This document shows, piece by piece, positions 63,816-64,000 of a DNA stretch of 64,000 nucleotides. The stretch comes from Deferribacteres bacterium. GTDB taxonomy: Bacteria; Zhuqueibacterota; Zhuqueibacteria; Zhuqueibacterales; Geothermadaptataceae. Position numbers and translations under genes: made by a program. Numbering within the stretch: the first letter of the stretch is position 1; each line of letters starts with the position of its first letter. The notes below the pieces were generated by a model. The model was not told where the DNA came from. It worked only from the letters and a program-made list of their open reading frames with translations, and did no database searches. Location of the stretch: positions 75,895-139,894 of the forward strand of contig JACKDF010000002.1 of NCBI GenBank assembly GCA_020633655.1, given 5' to 3'.

Positions 63816-64000
63816 TTAATCAGTTTTTGGGATCGAATTCACTCCTTCCTCTACAGTAGTAAATGCCGGCGTTTGATTATGGCAGGATAAACAATCCCTG
63901 GACCGTACATCCGCTTTGCCATTTATATGCAAAACATTATTAATGATTTTATTGGTGCTGCTGACAACATCACTGTGGCATAAATGGCATCTATCATTTT
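63816..64000 (-). CDS. 3' end of a c-type (multi)haem cytochrome gene, truncated by the window edge
   Basis: My own translation of the minus strand gives ...NDRCHLCHSDVVSSTNKIINNVLHINGKADVRSRDCLSCHNQTPAFTTVEEGVNSIPKTD*, with two CxxCH motifs and a stop at 63816..63818. It is absent from the ORF track (no in-window Met; only 60 sense codons in the window). Confidence 0.5.
   Translation of the reverse strand, partial: NDRCHLCHSDVVSSTNKIINNVLHINGKADVRSRDCLSCHNQTPAFTTVEEGVNSIPKTD

Overview
This is a 64-kb chromosomal segment with about 42 protein-coding genes, 37 of them on the + strand. I recognised no rRNA, tRNA, CRISPR array, transposase, integrase or phage gene. Seven ORFs end in the T9SS-type C-terminal sorting domain (QNYPNPFNP-TTI-Y ... 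GIYFY ... K(M/L)(I/L)L). Together with a FISUMP-domain lipoprotein, a PorV/PorQ-like barrel and many glycoside hydrolases and peptidases, this points to an FCB-superphylum bacterium; I cannot place it more precisely from sequence alone.

Recognisable content:
- ADP-heptose genes (hldC, hldA, a distant gmhA) next to a HAD hydrolase and a MngB-like GH38.
- An operon-like array of three secreted paralogues plus an S8 protease, all T9SS cargo.
- Housekeeping or accessory enzymes: esterase, PqaA-like protein, FucI-family isomerase, penicillin-acylase-family protein, asnA, GH28, DUF1349, GH172, GH13, oligopeptidase B, DPP-IV, PIG-L deacetylase, and a B12-binding radical SAM protein.
- An in-frame fused AbrB-PIN toxin-antitoxin ORF.
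- A redox cluster: atypical thioredoxin, a TrxR lacking the NADPH motif, a TehA/SLAC1 channel, DUF302, a Trx-Grx fusion and an orphan groES.
- A sigma-54 two-component system with an FG-GAP sensor domain, sitting among giant T9SS cargo proteins.

The most unusual signals:
- The cassette-like paralogue array, with conserved 5' and 3' modules and swapped cargo.
- The NADPH-motif-less TrxR redox cluster.
- The FG-GAP sigma-54 module, with a candidate sigma-54 promoter followed by an sRNA-like leader.
- A perfect 445-bp intragenic tandem duplication.
- A cohesin-dockerin-cohesin/vWA T9SS protein.
- Several families of GC-rich palindromic intergenic repeats.

All functional calls rest on motif recognition by eye; no database search was run.
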